A stretch of DNA of 64,000 bases from Vulcanimicrobiota bacterium (GTDB taxonomy: Bacteria > Vulcanimicrobiota > Xenobia > Xenobiales > JADMJV01): assembly GCA_050250895.1 (NCBI GenBank), contig JBFWNU010000005.1:256001-320000 (forward strand). The letters are read 5' to 3'. Position 1 is the first letter of the stretch; each line of letters begins with the position of its first letter. The notes beneath the pieces were generated by a model, which saw nothing but the letters and a program-made list of their open reading frames with translations, had not been told where the DNA came from and did no database searches. Positions 46,489 to 56,136 of this stretch are shown piece after piece. The position numbers and the translations under genes are program-made.

Positions 46489-47315
46489 GCCAGGTAGGCC
46501 AACAACTGGTCGAGTTCAGCCTCGGGTAGGATTTTCTCGTCGAAGCCCGACATTTTGGACTGGGGCCAGCGACGGAGCGACTGCGGGTCGCGGATCAGCT
46601 TGCGCAGCATCTCCGGCTGGAAATACTCGGTAGGGTTGTAGGGGTCGTTGAGATCCGGCCCCATCTTGGCCGTGCCCTGGCCGTTGAGAGTGTGGCAGGG
46701 AAAGCAGTTCTTGACGAAGGAGCGATAGCCCATCCATTCGGGTGAATCCTGGGGTAGGTCCTGGTTGGGCAGCAACCCGGGAAACTGCTTGTCGACCGAC
46801 TCGCGGACAGTAAAGGCTTTCAGCTTGAAGGGCCACTCTTCGCGCCCGATGCCGGACCGTTCAGGATGCAGCCACACCAGATAGTATGGTCCCGCGCCGT
46901 AGCGCCCGTGGCCGAAGTTGGGCCAAGGCTTATCGGGGGGTTCGATGGCCAGATAGGCCAGCGCCTTGGAGGGATCGCTGTTGAGCACGGCCTCGGCCTT
47001 GAGACTCGATGAAAAGCCGTCGAGGGTGTCGTAGGCCAGAGTCTGGTCGGGCGCGATATCAAAGCCGTCTAAAAGCTTGTGCATGGGAATGGCCAGATGC
47101 ACCATGGTCTGCTCGGGATAGCCAGCCACATCCTCGACGGTGATGGTCTCGACGTCTGGTCGGACCAGCAACTGCGAACGTGTGAAGGTTGTGGTCTGCT
47201 GGTCGACCTGAAGAGTCAGGGTGGGATCCTCGGCCGAACTCGGTGACGGTCCCGGTTGGGGCGACGAACATCCGGCCATCAGGACCAGCAGCAGGAGCAG
47301 ATTCAAGCATCTCAC
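46458..47315 (-). CDS. Cytochrome c lipoprotein with N-terminal molybdopterin-oxidoreductase-like domain
   Basis: Lipobox MAGC; heme motif CFPCH; MGPDLN; distal Met in SKM. Confidence 0.82.
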   Translation of the reverse strand: MRCLNLLLLLVLMAGCSSPQPGPSPSSAEDPTLTLQVDQQTTTFTRSQLLVRPDVETITVEDVAGYPEQTMVHLAIPMHKLLDGFDIAPDQTLAYDTLDGFSSSLKAEAVLNSDPSKALAYLAIEPPDKPWPNFGHGRYGAGPYYLVWLHPERSGIGREEWPFKLKAFTVRESVDKQFPGLLPNQDLPQDSPEWMGYRSFVKNCFPCHTLNGQGTAKMGPDLNDPYNPTEYFQPEMLRKLIRDPQSLRRWPQSKMSGFDEKILPEAELDQLLAYLAYMASSGRTD

Positions 47316-47392
47316 CTGTGCAGAATACCCCACAATGAGGTTGCAGGCAATTCAAAGGAACAGGATAGTCCGGTCAGGAAGCTTCGCCTTCG

Positions 47393-49768
47393 ATGAACGA
47401 AACAGCCACCATCCTGGTTCTCGAAGATGATGACGAGATGCGGGATATGCTCTCGGAAGTGTTGCGCGACCATGGTTACACGGTGGTGGCCGTGGCCCGC
47501 GGCGACGAGGCGGTGGTTCAGGTCAGCCAACAGCCGTTCGACCTGATCGTGGCCGACATCCGGATGGACGGCATGGACGGCCTCGAGGTGCTCGAGCGCA
47601 CCCGCCAGCAGCAGCCCTCGATCGGCACCCTGGTGGTGTCGGGCTACGCCACCGAGGCCGAGACGGCGCGAGCCAATCGCATCAGTGTGGGCGGCTATCT
47701 CAAGAAGCCCTTTCGCATGGGCCAATTCTTGGAGTTGGTCCGCGAGCAGCTGCGGGGCAAGCACGATGTCGAACGCTCGCGCCAACAAAACACCAGCCGG
47801 CGGGTGGTCTTGCTGTGGGCCCTCGAGGGGATGGCCAAGATGGCCGACGATGCCGGCCTGGTCTCGCCCAGCGGAACCATCGCCCGCATGGGCAGCCTGG
47901 CGGCCGCCCTGGGGCGGACCGTTCAGCTGTCTGAGCCGGTCTGCCAGGAGATTCGCGTGGGCACCATGATCGCCGCCCTCGAAACCGTGCCGCAGGCCCG
48001 CCCACCCAGGATCCTGTTAGATGACGCCGAGCTTCTGCCCGCCTTCTCGTCGTGTTTTCGGGCCAACACTCTGGAGTGGAAGATCGCGCGCCTGTGCCGA
48101 TTGGCGGCGGCCGAAGATTCGATGCCGGCAGCCGAGGAGCTTTCTCGTCGTCACGCTGGCGAACTCGACGCCGAAGTGCTCGAACTGTATGAGCGGGCCA
48201 GGCTGACCTTCCTCGAGCCGCGTTCGGGAGCCGCGCCGGAGGTGGTGACCGGGCTCTGGAATCCGGGGCGTAAGTCGAGAAGCCTGTTGGCCCTGGGCAA
48301 GGCCCTCGAGCGGGCCGGCGATCTCAAGAGCGCCTTTCGCGCCTATGGCCAGGTGTTGTCGTCGGCCCCCACCGGTCGCCAGGCCGTGCAGGCCCTGCTG
48401 CATCAGGCCTCGGTGAGTCTGGCCAGCGGCGAAATCAATCGGGCCGCCGAGCTGGCCGGGGCCGCCCCACGCCGGGCCACTGGCCTTGGGCCCTTGCCGC
48501 GAGCCGAGGCCTTGCTCGAAGCGGGCTTGTTGTTGCTCAAACTCAAAGACGTCCGGGCCGCCGACATGCTGGCTGAAGCGGCCCTCCAGCTCAAAGAATT
48601 GGGTCTGGAAGCAGCTCACGCCAAGGCTGTCGCCGGATTGGCCGCGGCCGGCCGAGCCGAAGCCGATCTCGGCTCCGCCGTCGAGACCCTGCTGCGGGCC
48701 AGCCATGCCGCCGACTTTTTGTCGGCCTGCGATTGGCTCTTACCGCTGGTGGTCGAGCAGGCCGGCGCTCGCAATCAGAAGGCCTGGTTGTTGCGCTTGC
48801 TGGGCGCCTTCCCGGGCGAACTGGCCGAAGGGCTGCGCCAGGGTCGCATCGGTCGCGAAGGACGCGAGGCTCTGCTGGGCGTGCTAGAAGACGAAGGCCC
48901 TCGGCTGGGCGAAGAGTTGCGCGAGGTGCTGGTGCGCGACGCCGACCCGGCCCTGCGCGGGCGAGCCACCGCTCTCGAAGCCCAGGAACAGAACGCGGCT
49001 CCGCCCAGTTTCTTGCGAGTGGTCACCTTTGGCTACTTCGAGGTCTATCGAGGCTCTGACCTCATTGACGACAAGCAGTGGAAGACGCAAAAGACCAAGT
49101 ATCTCTTCGCTTTTCTGGCCTCTCGCTGGGGGACGTCGTTTTCTGAGGATAAGATCCTCGACGAGTTTTGGCCCGACGACCGCGAGAAGGGCAAAAAGAA
49201 TCTCTACTGGTCGACCTCGGTGGCCCGCCGTTGCCTGCGCGGCCCCGACGGCAAGACGGCGGAAGTTCTGCTGCGCGAACGCGGACAATTGACGCTCAAT
49301 CCCGAGGTGGCCCACTGGCAAGACCTGGAAGAGTTCACCCGGGCCTTTGAAGACGGTCAGCGAGCCCTGGGCGACGGCAAGCCTCGCGAGGCGCTGGCAT
49401 TTTGGCGCCGACTGGGAACCCTCTATCAGGGCCCCTATCTCGAAGGTTGTTATCTAGACTGGGCGGTGCGGCTGCGCTCGGTGACCGAGCGGCAGGCGGC
49501 CGAGGGTCTGTGCGGCCTGGCCCGATTGTTGCTTGACGTGGAAGAGTATCAGGAGGCCCTCGAAGCGGCTCGCCAGGCGGTGGAGATCCATCCTCACCGG
49601 CAGGAGGCCCATCTGCTGATGATGCGGGCCTTGCTGGGCCTGGGCCGGCCCGAGGCGGCCATCGAGCAGTTCCGCGAGTGTGAATCTTTCCTACGGCGTG
49701 AATACGACATGGAGCCGATTACCGAGTTGTTGGAATACTACCACCGAGCCCGCCTGGGGCTGACGTGA
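47393..49768 (+). CDS. Response regulator with TPR-like helices and C-terminal SARP/BTAD activator domain
   Basis: N-terminal REC (LEDD, DIRM, KKPF); FGYFEV...WKTQKTKYLFAFL, LYQGPYL and EAHLLMMR BTAD patterns. Confidence 0.88.
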   Translation: MNETATILVLEDDDEMRDMLSEVLRDHGYTVVAVARGDEAVVQVSQQPFDLIVADIRMDGMDGLEVLERTRQQQPSIGTLVVSGYATEAETARANRISVGGYLKKPFRMGQFLELVREQLRGKHDVERSRQQNTSRRVVLLWALEGMAKMADDAGLVSPSGTIARMGSLAAALGRTVQLSEPVCQEIRVGTMIAALETVPQARPPRILLDDAELLPAFSSCFRANTLEWKIARLCRLAAAEDSMPAAEELSRRHAGELDAEVLELYERARLTFLEPRSGAAPEVVTGLWNPGRKSRSLLALGKALERAGDLKSAFRAYGQVLSSAPTGRQAVQALLHQASVSLASGEINRAAELAGAAPRRATGLGPLPRAEALLEAGLLLLKLKDVRAADMLAEAALQLKELGLEAAHAKAVAGLAAAGRAEADLGSAVETLLRASHAADFLSACDWLLPLVVEQAGARNQKAWLLRLLGAFPGELAEGLRQGRIGREGREALLGVLEDEGPRLGEELREVLVRDADPALRGRATALEAQEQNAAPPSFLRVVTFGYFEVYRGSDLIDDKQWKTQKTKYLFAFLASRWGTSFSEDKILDEFWPDDREKGKKNLYWSTSVARRCLRGPDGKTAEVLLRERGQLTLNPEVAHWQDLEEFTRAFEDGQRALGDGKPREALAFWRRLGTLYQGPYLEGCYLDWAVRLRSVTERQAAEGLCGLARLLLDVEEYQEALEAARQAVEIHPHRQEAHLLMMRALLGLGRPEAAIEQFRECESFLRREYDMEPITELLEYYHRARLGLT

Positions 49769-50700
49769 GTCTGGCCGGTCGCCTGAGCGCGCTGGTCCCT
49801 TCTGGCCTGGGTCTGGGCACCTGCGCAGCGGCCGGCCCGGTGGTGGCCGACTATCTGGGGGCCACCGCCTGGAGCATCGAGTATCGAGGGCAACGGTGGG
49901 GTGGCCCGCTCGAAGGCGAGCATCAACTCTCGGTGTCCCTGACGCTGGACGGCCTCGAGGTCGGTGGTTGGACCATCTCGGGGCCGACGGCCTTTGGCCC
50001 CGAACAAGAGCAGGAACTGTTGCTTCTCAGCCGGCTGTTGGTGGCTGAACTGACGGCTCTCGAGGCCGTCATCGGGCGAGCGGCCGGCACCCTGGCCCAC
50101 AAGCTCAACAACCCGCTGGGAGCCTTGCAGCTCAGTATCGATGCCGCCAGCTTTGCGCTCGACACCCGTCCTGACCAGGCCGAGGCCAAGCTCGAACGCA
50201 GCCAAATCGCCCTGCAGAAGGCTCGCTGGATGGTCGACGGTCTGCTCTATTACGCCCGCGAGACGCAGGCCCTGGGCCAGGCGCCCGTCGACCTCAACGA
50301 ATGCATCCGGGAAGCTTTGGGCGAGTTCGGGGCCTTCCCCGAACTCAAGGTCGAACTGGCTCGAGAACTACTCCTCACCCCGGCCAACCCCATGGAGCTG
50401 AAGCTGGCGGTGATCCATTTGCTGCAGAACGCCCAGCAAGCCGTAGCCGAGAAGCCCGGGCCAGTCCAGCTACGCAGCCAGCGAGTTGCCGACCAGGTCC
50501 AGCTGGTGATTTCGGACTGGGGTCCGGGCGTGACCCGGCCCGAGCGCATCTTCGAGCCGTTCTTCACCACCCGCAAAAAAGGCGTCGGACTGGGCCTGGC
50601 CCTGGTGAGTACCATCGCCGGGCGTCTGGGCGGCCGGTTGCAACTCACCAGCCACGCCGACCCGACGACCTTCTGTCTCGAGCTACCCGCCAGCCCCTAG
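49765..50700 (+). CDS. Cytoplasmic histidine kinase
   Basis: AHKLNNPL H-box, NAQQA, DWGPG, FFTT and GVGLGL; GTGA overlap. Confidence 0.85.
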   Translation: MSLAGRLSALVPSGLGLGTCAAAGPVVADYLGATAWSIEYRGQRWGGPLEGEHQLSVSLTLDGLEVGGWTISGPTAFGPEQEQELLLLSRLLVAELTALEAVIGRAAGTLAHKLNNPLGALQLSIDAASFALDTRPDQAEAKLERSQIALQKARWMVDGLLYYARETQALGQAPVDLNECIREALGEFGAFPELKVELARELLLTPANPMELKLAVIHLLQNAQQAVAEKPGPVQLRSQRVADQVQLVISDWGPGVTRPERIFEPFFTTRKKGVGLGLALVSTIAGRLGGRLQLTSHADPTTFCLELPASP

Positions 50701-50704
50701 GCCC

Positions 50705-52558
50705 TTAGTCGACGAGGGAGTATTCGATCCGTCCCTGGGCGGGGTCGCAAGCTACCACTTCGACCCGCACCGGCTGGCCCAGGGTGAACTCTTCATCGGG
50801 GCCCTCCAGACTGACCTCGCGAGGGGTCCAGGGGCCGCCAGGCAGGGCTTCGATGGGAATGACCCCTTCCACCAGCGAGGCGTCCAATTGGGCCACCAGG
50901 CCAAAGGGCAAGACGCGGGTGATATGAGCGTCGAATTGCTGGCCGAGCTGATCGGCCATAAAGCCCGCCAGCAGCATTCGGCGGCGGGCCGCCTCGGCCT
51001 TAGAAGCTTGATGGCTGAGCCGGTTGAGCTGTTGGGCCAGGGCTTCGACCCGGGGGTCGAGTGGGTCCCAATCTCGGTGGCCGCGCAAATAGCTCTTGAT
51101 GGCTCGATGCACGGCCAGGTCGGCGTAACGCCGCAGCGGCGAGGTGAAATGCAGGTAGAGGGGAGCGGCCAACCCCAGATGCAGTCCCGGCTTGACCGTG
51201 TAGTTGGCCGCGCCCAGCACGCGTCGCATCACCGAACGGATGGCCGGCTCGGCCGGCGCGCCCAGGATTTGATCGTCGAAGGCGGCCAGGCTGCCCGGGG
51301 TGAGCCGGCGACCGAAGCCTGGCTCGAAGCCGAACTGGTGGGCGCAATCCGAGAGGGCCGCGACTCGCTCGGCATCGGGCTCGGGATGAACGCGAAAAAC
51401 GCCGGGTACACCTCGATCGACCAGCCAGTGGGCCACGGCCTCGTTGGCCGCCACCATCATCCGCTCCACCAGTTGGTGGGCCGAGGTGCTGTGGGTGGGG
51501 GTGGTGCCGGTCACCGTGCCCTCTTCATCGAGGGTGAGGGCAGCCTCGTTGTTGTTGATGAATACCCCGCCTCGGCGGCGCCGAGCCAGGTTGAGGCGAG
51601 CCCAGGCGGTGCGCAGCCAGGGCAGCATCGAGCGGACTTGCTTGAGGTTGGGGGTCAGTTCTTCATAGTCGAGCCAATCGGCCAACTCTTCATAGGTCAA
51701 CCGCGCCTGCGAGCGGATCACGCTCTCATAGAGGTCGACCGCCAGCAGATGCCCCTCGGGGTCGAGGCGCAGTTCGGCGGTCAGGCACAGTCGATCGACG
51801 GCGGGGTGAAGGCTGAGGGTGTCCGATGAGAGTTCGTGCGGCAGCATGGGCAGCACCCGTCCGGCCAGATAGGTCGAGGTGCCCCGCGCTCGGGCTTCAC
51901 GGTCGAGCGGCGAGTCGGGGGCGATGAATTCGCTGGGGTCGGCGATCGACACCAGCAGGCGCAGGCAGCCTTCGGAGTCGGCGGGCAAGACGGAAATCGC
52001 GTCGTCGATGTCTCGGGTCGAGGCCGCGTCGATGGTCACCGTGGGCACTTCGCGCAGGTCCCGGCGCTTTTCCAGATGCAAGCTGGCTCGCCGAATCGAG
52101 TCGGCCTGTTCGCTGGCCTCGGCGCTGAAGTCGGTGAGCAGGTCAAAGCGAGCGATGAGACGCTCCAGGGGCAGGTCGCAATCGGGCTCGACCTCACGAA
52201 CCGCCACCGCGCGCTCGCCCTCGATACGGCAGACTACCTGGCTGCCCACCTCGGCCTCGGCTTCGAGCGGCCAGTCGGTGTTGGAGACCTCGCGGTCGAT
52301 GGCCAGAAAGAGTCGCCCGCGACGGCGGACGACCTCACCGAACAGGGTCTTGCGCACACGTTCGACCAGGCGCAGCCGCGAGGCCGAAGTGCGGCCCTGC
52401 TCGTCGGTGGAAAGGCGGGCCTCGACCCGGTCGTCGACCAGCAGGCCGTTGAGGGCCGGCGGAGCCACGAAGGCCGAATGCAAGTGACCGTCGACCTCAT
52501 AGTTGAGAAAGCCGAAACCGCGAGGATGCAGGCTGATGCGTCCGATGACAGTTTCCAT
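50705..52558 (-). CDS. rnr: RNase R / RNB-family exoribonuclease
   Basis: HPRGFGF, TIDAASTRDIDDA, HFTSPLRRYADL and a C-terminal S1 domain. Confidence 0.9.
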   Translation of the reverse strand: METVIGRISLHPRGFGFLNYEVDGHLHSAFVAPPALNGLLVDDRVEARLSTDEQGRTSASRLRLVERVRKTLFGEVVRRRGRLFLAIDREVSNTDWPLEAEAEVGSQVVCRIEGERAVAVREVEPDCDLPLERLIARFDLLTDFSAEASEQADSIRRASLHLEKRRDLREVPTVTIDAASTRDIDDAISVLPADSEGCLRLLVSIADPSEFIAPDSPLDREARARGTSTYLAGRVLPMLPHELSSDTLSLHPAVDRLCLTAELRLDPEGHLLAVDLYESVIRSQARLTYEELADWLDYEELTPNLKQVRSMLPWLRTAWARLNLARRRRGGVFINNNEAALTLDEEGTVTGTTPTHSTSAHQLVERMMVAANEAVAHWLVDRGVPGVFRVHPEPDAERVAALSDCAHQFGFEPGFGRRLTPGSLAAFDDQILGAPAEPAIRSVMRRVLGAANYTVKPGLHLGLAAPLYLHFTSPLRRYADLAVHRAIKSYLRGHRDWDPLDPRVEALAQQLNRLSHQASKAEAARRRMLLAGFMADQLGQQFDAHITRVLPFGLVAQLDASLVEGVIPIEALPGGPWTPREVSLEGPDEEFTLGQPVRVEVVACDPAQGRIEYSLVD

Positions 52559-52591
52559 CGGGGCGGGTTCGAGCCCGCTGCGGGCACCCCT

Positions 52592-54229
52592 CTAGGGCAG
52601 CAGCCTTCCGCGCAGCAACAGGCCGTCGGGTTGGGCTTCGAAGCCGGTCAGCTGCAATCCGGCCCGGCCCGATAGAGGGGGCACCGGTAGATTGTCGGGC
52701 ACCGGCATCGGTAACGGGGCTGCCCCCAGGCCGGTGACGATCTTCTGTTTGATGGCTTCTTGCTCGGAAGCACTCTTCGAGCGGATTTGCGGGCTGAGAA
52801 ATTCGATGCGGGTCAAGACCGGTTGCAGCGACCAGCGCAACGGTAGGCCCGGAGACACGCGGGGGACGAAATGGCCGGCGGCCCGGGCTCCGGGCTCGAG
52901 TCCACCGGTGATGCCGGCCGTCCACTTGACGTCGAACTCCCCCGGGTCCATCACGAGCACTCCGTCGCGATAAGCCAGATCGAGGCGACGGATGATCAGG
53001 TCGGTGACCTGCACGGTGAAGACGAACACTTGCTGTTTGGGACGTTTGTCCTTGGGAATGGGGATGGTCATCGGCAGCAGGGGAGGAACCTGAGCCCGCA
53101 GGCCTCGACTGACCACCTCGGACGATAGCCACAGAGAAAATTCCTGGTCGCCCAATTCACGCTGCTGCAGGTCGACGGTGGCTCCGCTACCGCGGCTGGC
53201 GGCGATGACCAGCAGGTTGCGGCGGCGGTCCCCCAGGGGCTGGGTGGCCAGGCTAAGGTGCTCGAGATCCTGGGCGGTCAGGGCGCCGGTGGCCAGTAGC
53301 TCCTTCTCGTAGGCCCCCGGGACGGGCAGGGTCAGCTGGTTGCCGAGGGTATCAAAAAGCGGACCCTCGACCAGTTTTAGCCACTGAGGCGGAACCGCCG
53401 CTGGCCATGGATCGACCAGGGCCAGTCGGGTTTGACCCGGCTCGAAACGCAACACCAGTTGGCCGTTCTCGAAGCTGGGGGTGGTTTTGGTCTCGAACTG
53501 GGCCGTGACCTGGTTGCCGGCGAGTTGTCCGCGCAGCGACCCGAAGACGGCCAGCTGGCCAGCTTCGCAACCGAGCATGCTGATGCCCAGGTCGGCTACC
53601 TCGAGCACCACGCCGGTAGTGGACTCGCGAAAGCTCAGCTGATGTCCCGCCAAAAATTCGCGGGCGCAGTGATGCAGAAAATCCTCGCTGAGTTGGGCCC
53701 GCAGGATGGGACCTGCCACCGGGTGGGAAAGAGTGGGAATCGGTAGGAACCGGGGAGCGACCGCTTGCAACTGCCCATTCTGCTGAAAACACACAGCCTC
53801 GAGCTCGAAGGCCTGCCCCGGCGGCCGTTGCTTCCAGGCGGCCTGCTCCTCGGCGGTTTCGAGGTTCAGATGAGCCTTCTGGTGGAGTTCCGGCAGGTCG
53901 ACCACGGGCGGGTCGAAAGTGGCCACCGTGGCCCGCATTCTCCCGCGCCAGGCCCCGGACGGGACCGGTAGGGCGGCCACCAGGGTTGGAAAGCCGGCCA
54001 CTTTCACCTGGCCTTCCGAGAACTCTCCTCTCAGCCGGATCGGACCCTGGCCAAGACCCGCCAGGCTCTCGCCCGCGACCACCGAGTAGACGCGGCGTTG
54101 AGCCACCGTGTAGTCGAACTCCGGACGGATGATGGCTCGCAAACCGAAGGCTGTCTGCTCGAGTTCGACCAGTCTCTCTTCGGCCCCAACGGGAAGGCAC
54201 AGCAACAGTAATAGGAAGAGCCGTCTCAC
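52592..54229 (-). CDS. Secreted hypothetical protein (possible tandem TULIP/BPI-like domains)
   Basis: GTGA overlap; signal VRRLFLLLLLCLPVGA; two helix-plus-long-beta repeats (QLSEDFL..., WLSSEVV...). Confidence 0.7.
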   Translation of the reverse strand: MRRLFLLLLLCLPVGAEERLVELEQTAFGLRAIIRPEFDYTVAQRRVYSVVAGESLAGLGQGPIRLRGEFSEGQVKVAGFPTLVAALPVPSGAWRGRMRATVATFDPPVVDLPELHQKAHLNLETAEEQAAWKQRPPGQAFELEAVCFQQNGQLQAVAPRFLPIPTLSHPVAGPILRAQLSEDFLHHCAREFLAGHQLSFRESTTGVVLEVADLGISMLGCEAGQLAVFGSLRGQLAGNQVTAQFETKTTPSFENGQLVLRFEPGQTRLALVDPWPAAVPPQWLKLVEGPLFDTLGNQLTLPVPGAYEKELLATGALTAQDLEHLSLATQPLGDRRRNLLVIAASRGSGATVDLQQRELGDQEFSLWLSSEVVSRGLRAQVPPLLPMTIPIPKDKRPKQQVFVFTVQVTDLIIRRLDLAYRDGVLVMDPGEFDVKWTAGITGGLEPGARAAGHFVPRVSPGLPLRWSLQPVLTRIEFLSPQIRSKSASEQEAIKQKIVTGLGAAPLPMPVPDNLPVPPLSGRAGLQLTGFEAQPDGLLLRGRLLP

Positions 54230-56136
54230 GCGCGACCCTCCCGCCAACGCAAGGCCAGGTAGACCAGCGCCAGATGCAGGCCCAGCAGGGGCGCGAGCAC
54301 CGACCAAACCAGCGAAGTGGTCAGATAGAAATCGCCGGTGATCCAACCCATACCCAGACCCATGAAGCGGTTGTTGATGTTGAGCAGTTGCGAGGTGCCG
54401 GCAAAGCTCCAGCGACTGACGCTCAGGATGGAAACGGCTCCGATGACCGGTCCCATCTGCTCAGGCTTGACGAAGGCACCGGAAAGGACCAGTTGCAGAA
54501 TCAACAGGACCGACACCAGGGTGGTGGATTGTTCGGCCGAGCCGCACACCGCCGAGAGAAACAGGCCCATGGCCACTCCGCCGAGATAAGCGCCCACCAG
54601 AAAGGTGTAGAATTCGAGGCTTGCCCGCGCACCCAGCCCGGTCTCGACCCGCCAGAACACGACCGCTTGCAGGATGGCGCATTGGAACAGCCCCACCGAG
54701 AACAAGACGATCACCTTCGAGGCGAGGTAGGGCAACAACATCAGGTTGACGTGGCGCTCGCGCCGCAAGATGGGAAGCTCTTTGACGATCTCGCGGCTGG
54801 AGTTGATGGCCCCGAAGAAGAGGCTGCTAACCACCAGCATGAAGAGCAGGGTGGGACCCTCGTGGATTGGGAATTTCCCTCCCCGTCCCAGCTCTTGCTG
54901 CAAGGCAAACAGGTCTGGCCCAAACAGATTGGCCAGCACCAACCCGATGGCCGGGGCCTGTAACACCAACAGTGCCAGGTTGGCATGGTCGCTCAGAACC
55001 AGCCGGGTGTAGCGCGACAGCAGCACGCCAAATTGGCGCCAGGCCGTGGTCATCTTTTGCCAGGGGTTGATTCGGGTCACCGGTTGCTCGGCGGCGATCG
55101 GCGTCAGAGCCGCTTCATGGCTGGTCCTCTGTTGGCGAAACCGCCGTTCCCATTCCACGCCCAGGTCGCTATCACCGATTTTGAGATAGATCTCGGCAAA
55201 GTCGTCCACGCGAAAGAATTCCAGGGCCTCGTGGGGAGTGCCATAGAAGACCATTCGCCCTCCCGGGGCCAGGAAGCAGACCCGGTCGCACAGCACGATG
55301 TTCTGGGTGGCGTGAGTGACCAGGACGACCGTGCGTCCCTGGCGACTCAAGCGCGAAAGAAGCTGCATCGCGCGTTTTTCCAGGCCCGGGTCCAGCCCCG
55401 AGGTGGGCTCGTCTAGAAAAAACAGGCTGGGCTCGGTCAACAGCTCTACGGCGATGCTGACCCGCTTGCGCTCACCGCCGCTGAGCGTCTTGATCAGGTT
55501 CGAGCGACGGTGGGCCAGGTTCATGCTGGCCAGTACGAAGTCGAGCCGGCGCTGCAACTCTTTGGCCGACGTGTCGCCCGGCAGGCGCAGCCGGGCTGCG
55601 TAGCGCAAGGCAGCTTCGACCTCGAGGTCGCTATGCACGATGTCGTCTTGAGGCACCCAACCGATGAGCGACCGAAACAACTCCATGTTGGGTGCCGCCG
55701 GTAGCCCTGACAGCAGAACCGCGCCTTCACTAGGATGGACTTGACCCGAGAGGCACTTCATCAGGGTGGACTTGCCGGCTCCACTGGTGCCCACCAGGGC
55801 CACGAATTCGCCGGGCTTGATGGAAAGGGTCAACTGGTTGAGGATCGGGGCCGAGGCGCCGGGCGGCTGGTAGACCAGGTTCTGCACCTGGATCTCGACT
55901 TGCCCTCCGTGGTCTTCTTGATGGAGGCGCTGGCCATCGAAGCGCAGCCGGGCTGGCCCGATATAGACGATTTGACCGGGTTCGAGCGAGACCGACTCGA
56001 CCCGCTGGCCGTCTACGAAGGTGCCGTTGGCGCTGGCTAGATCCACCAGTCGATTACCCTCGAGGCGGGCGTGGCGCCGCGAAACCAGGGGAGAGTCGAG
56101 CACGACCTCGCAATCAGGATGACGACCGATGATCAC
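54226..56136 (-). CDS. FHA domain + ABC ATPase + ABC-2 permease fusion (Rv1747-like)
   Basis: FHA motifs GR, SRRH and NGT; GTSGAGKS, LSGGERKR, LDEPTSGLD; about six TM helices. Confidence 0.92.
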   Translation of the reverse strand: MIIGRHPDCEVVLDSPLVSRRHARLEGNRLVDLASANGTFVDGQRVESVSLEPGQIVYIGPARLRFDGQRLHQEDHGGQVEIQVQNLVYQPPGASAPILNQLTLSIKPGEFVALVGTSGAGKSTLMKCLSGQVHPSEGAVLLSGLPAAPNMELFRSLIGWVPQDDIVHSDLEVEAALRYAARLRLPGDTSAKELQRRLDFVLASMNLAHRRSNLIKTLSGGERKRVSIAVELLTEPSLFFLDEPTSGLDPGLEKRAMQLLSRLSRQGRTVVLVTHATQNIVLCDRVCFLAPGGRMVFYGTPHEALEFFRVDDFAEIYLKIGDSDLGVEWERRFRQQRTSHEAALTPIAAEQPVTRINPWQKMTTAWRQFGVLLSRYTRLVLSDHANLALLVLQAPAIGLVLANLFGPDLFALQQELGRGGKFPIHEGPTLLFMLVVSSLFFGAINSSREIVKELPILRRERHVNLMLLPYLASKVIVLFSVGLFQCAILQAVVFWRVETGLGARASLEFYTFLVGAYLGGVAMGLFLSAVCGSAEQSTTLVSVLLILQLVLSGAFVKPEQMGPVIGAVSILSVSRWSFAGTSQLLNINNRFMGLGMGWITGDFYLTTSLVWSVLAPLLGLHLALVYLALRWREGRA

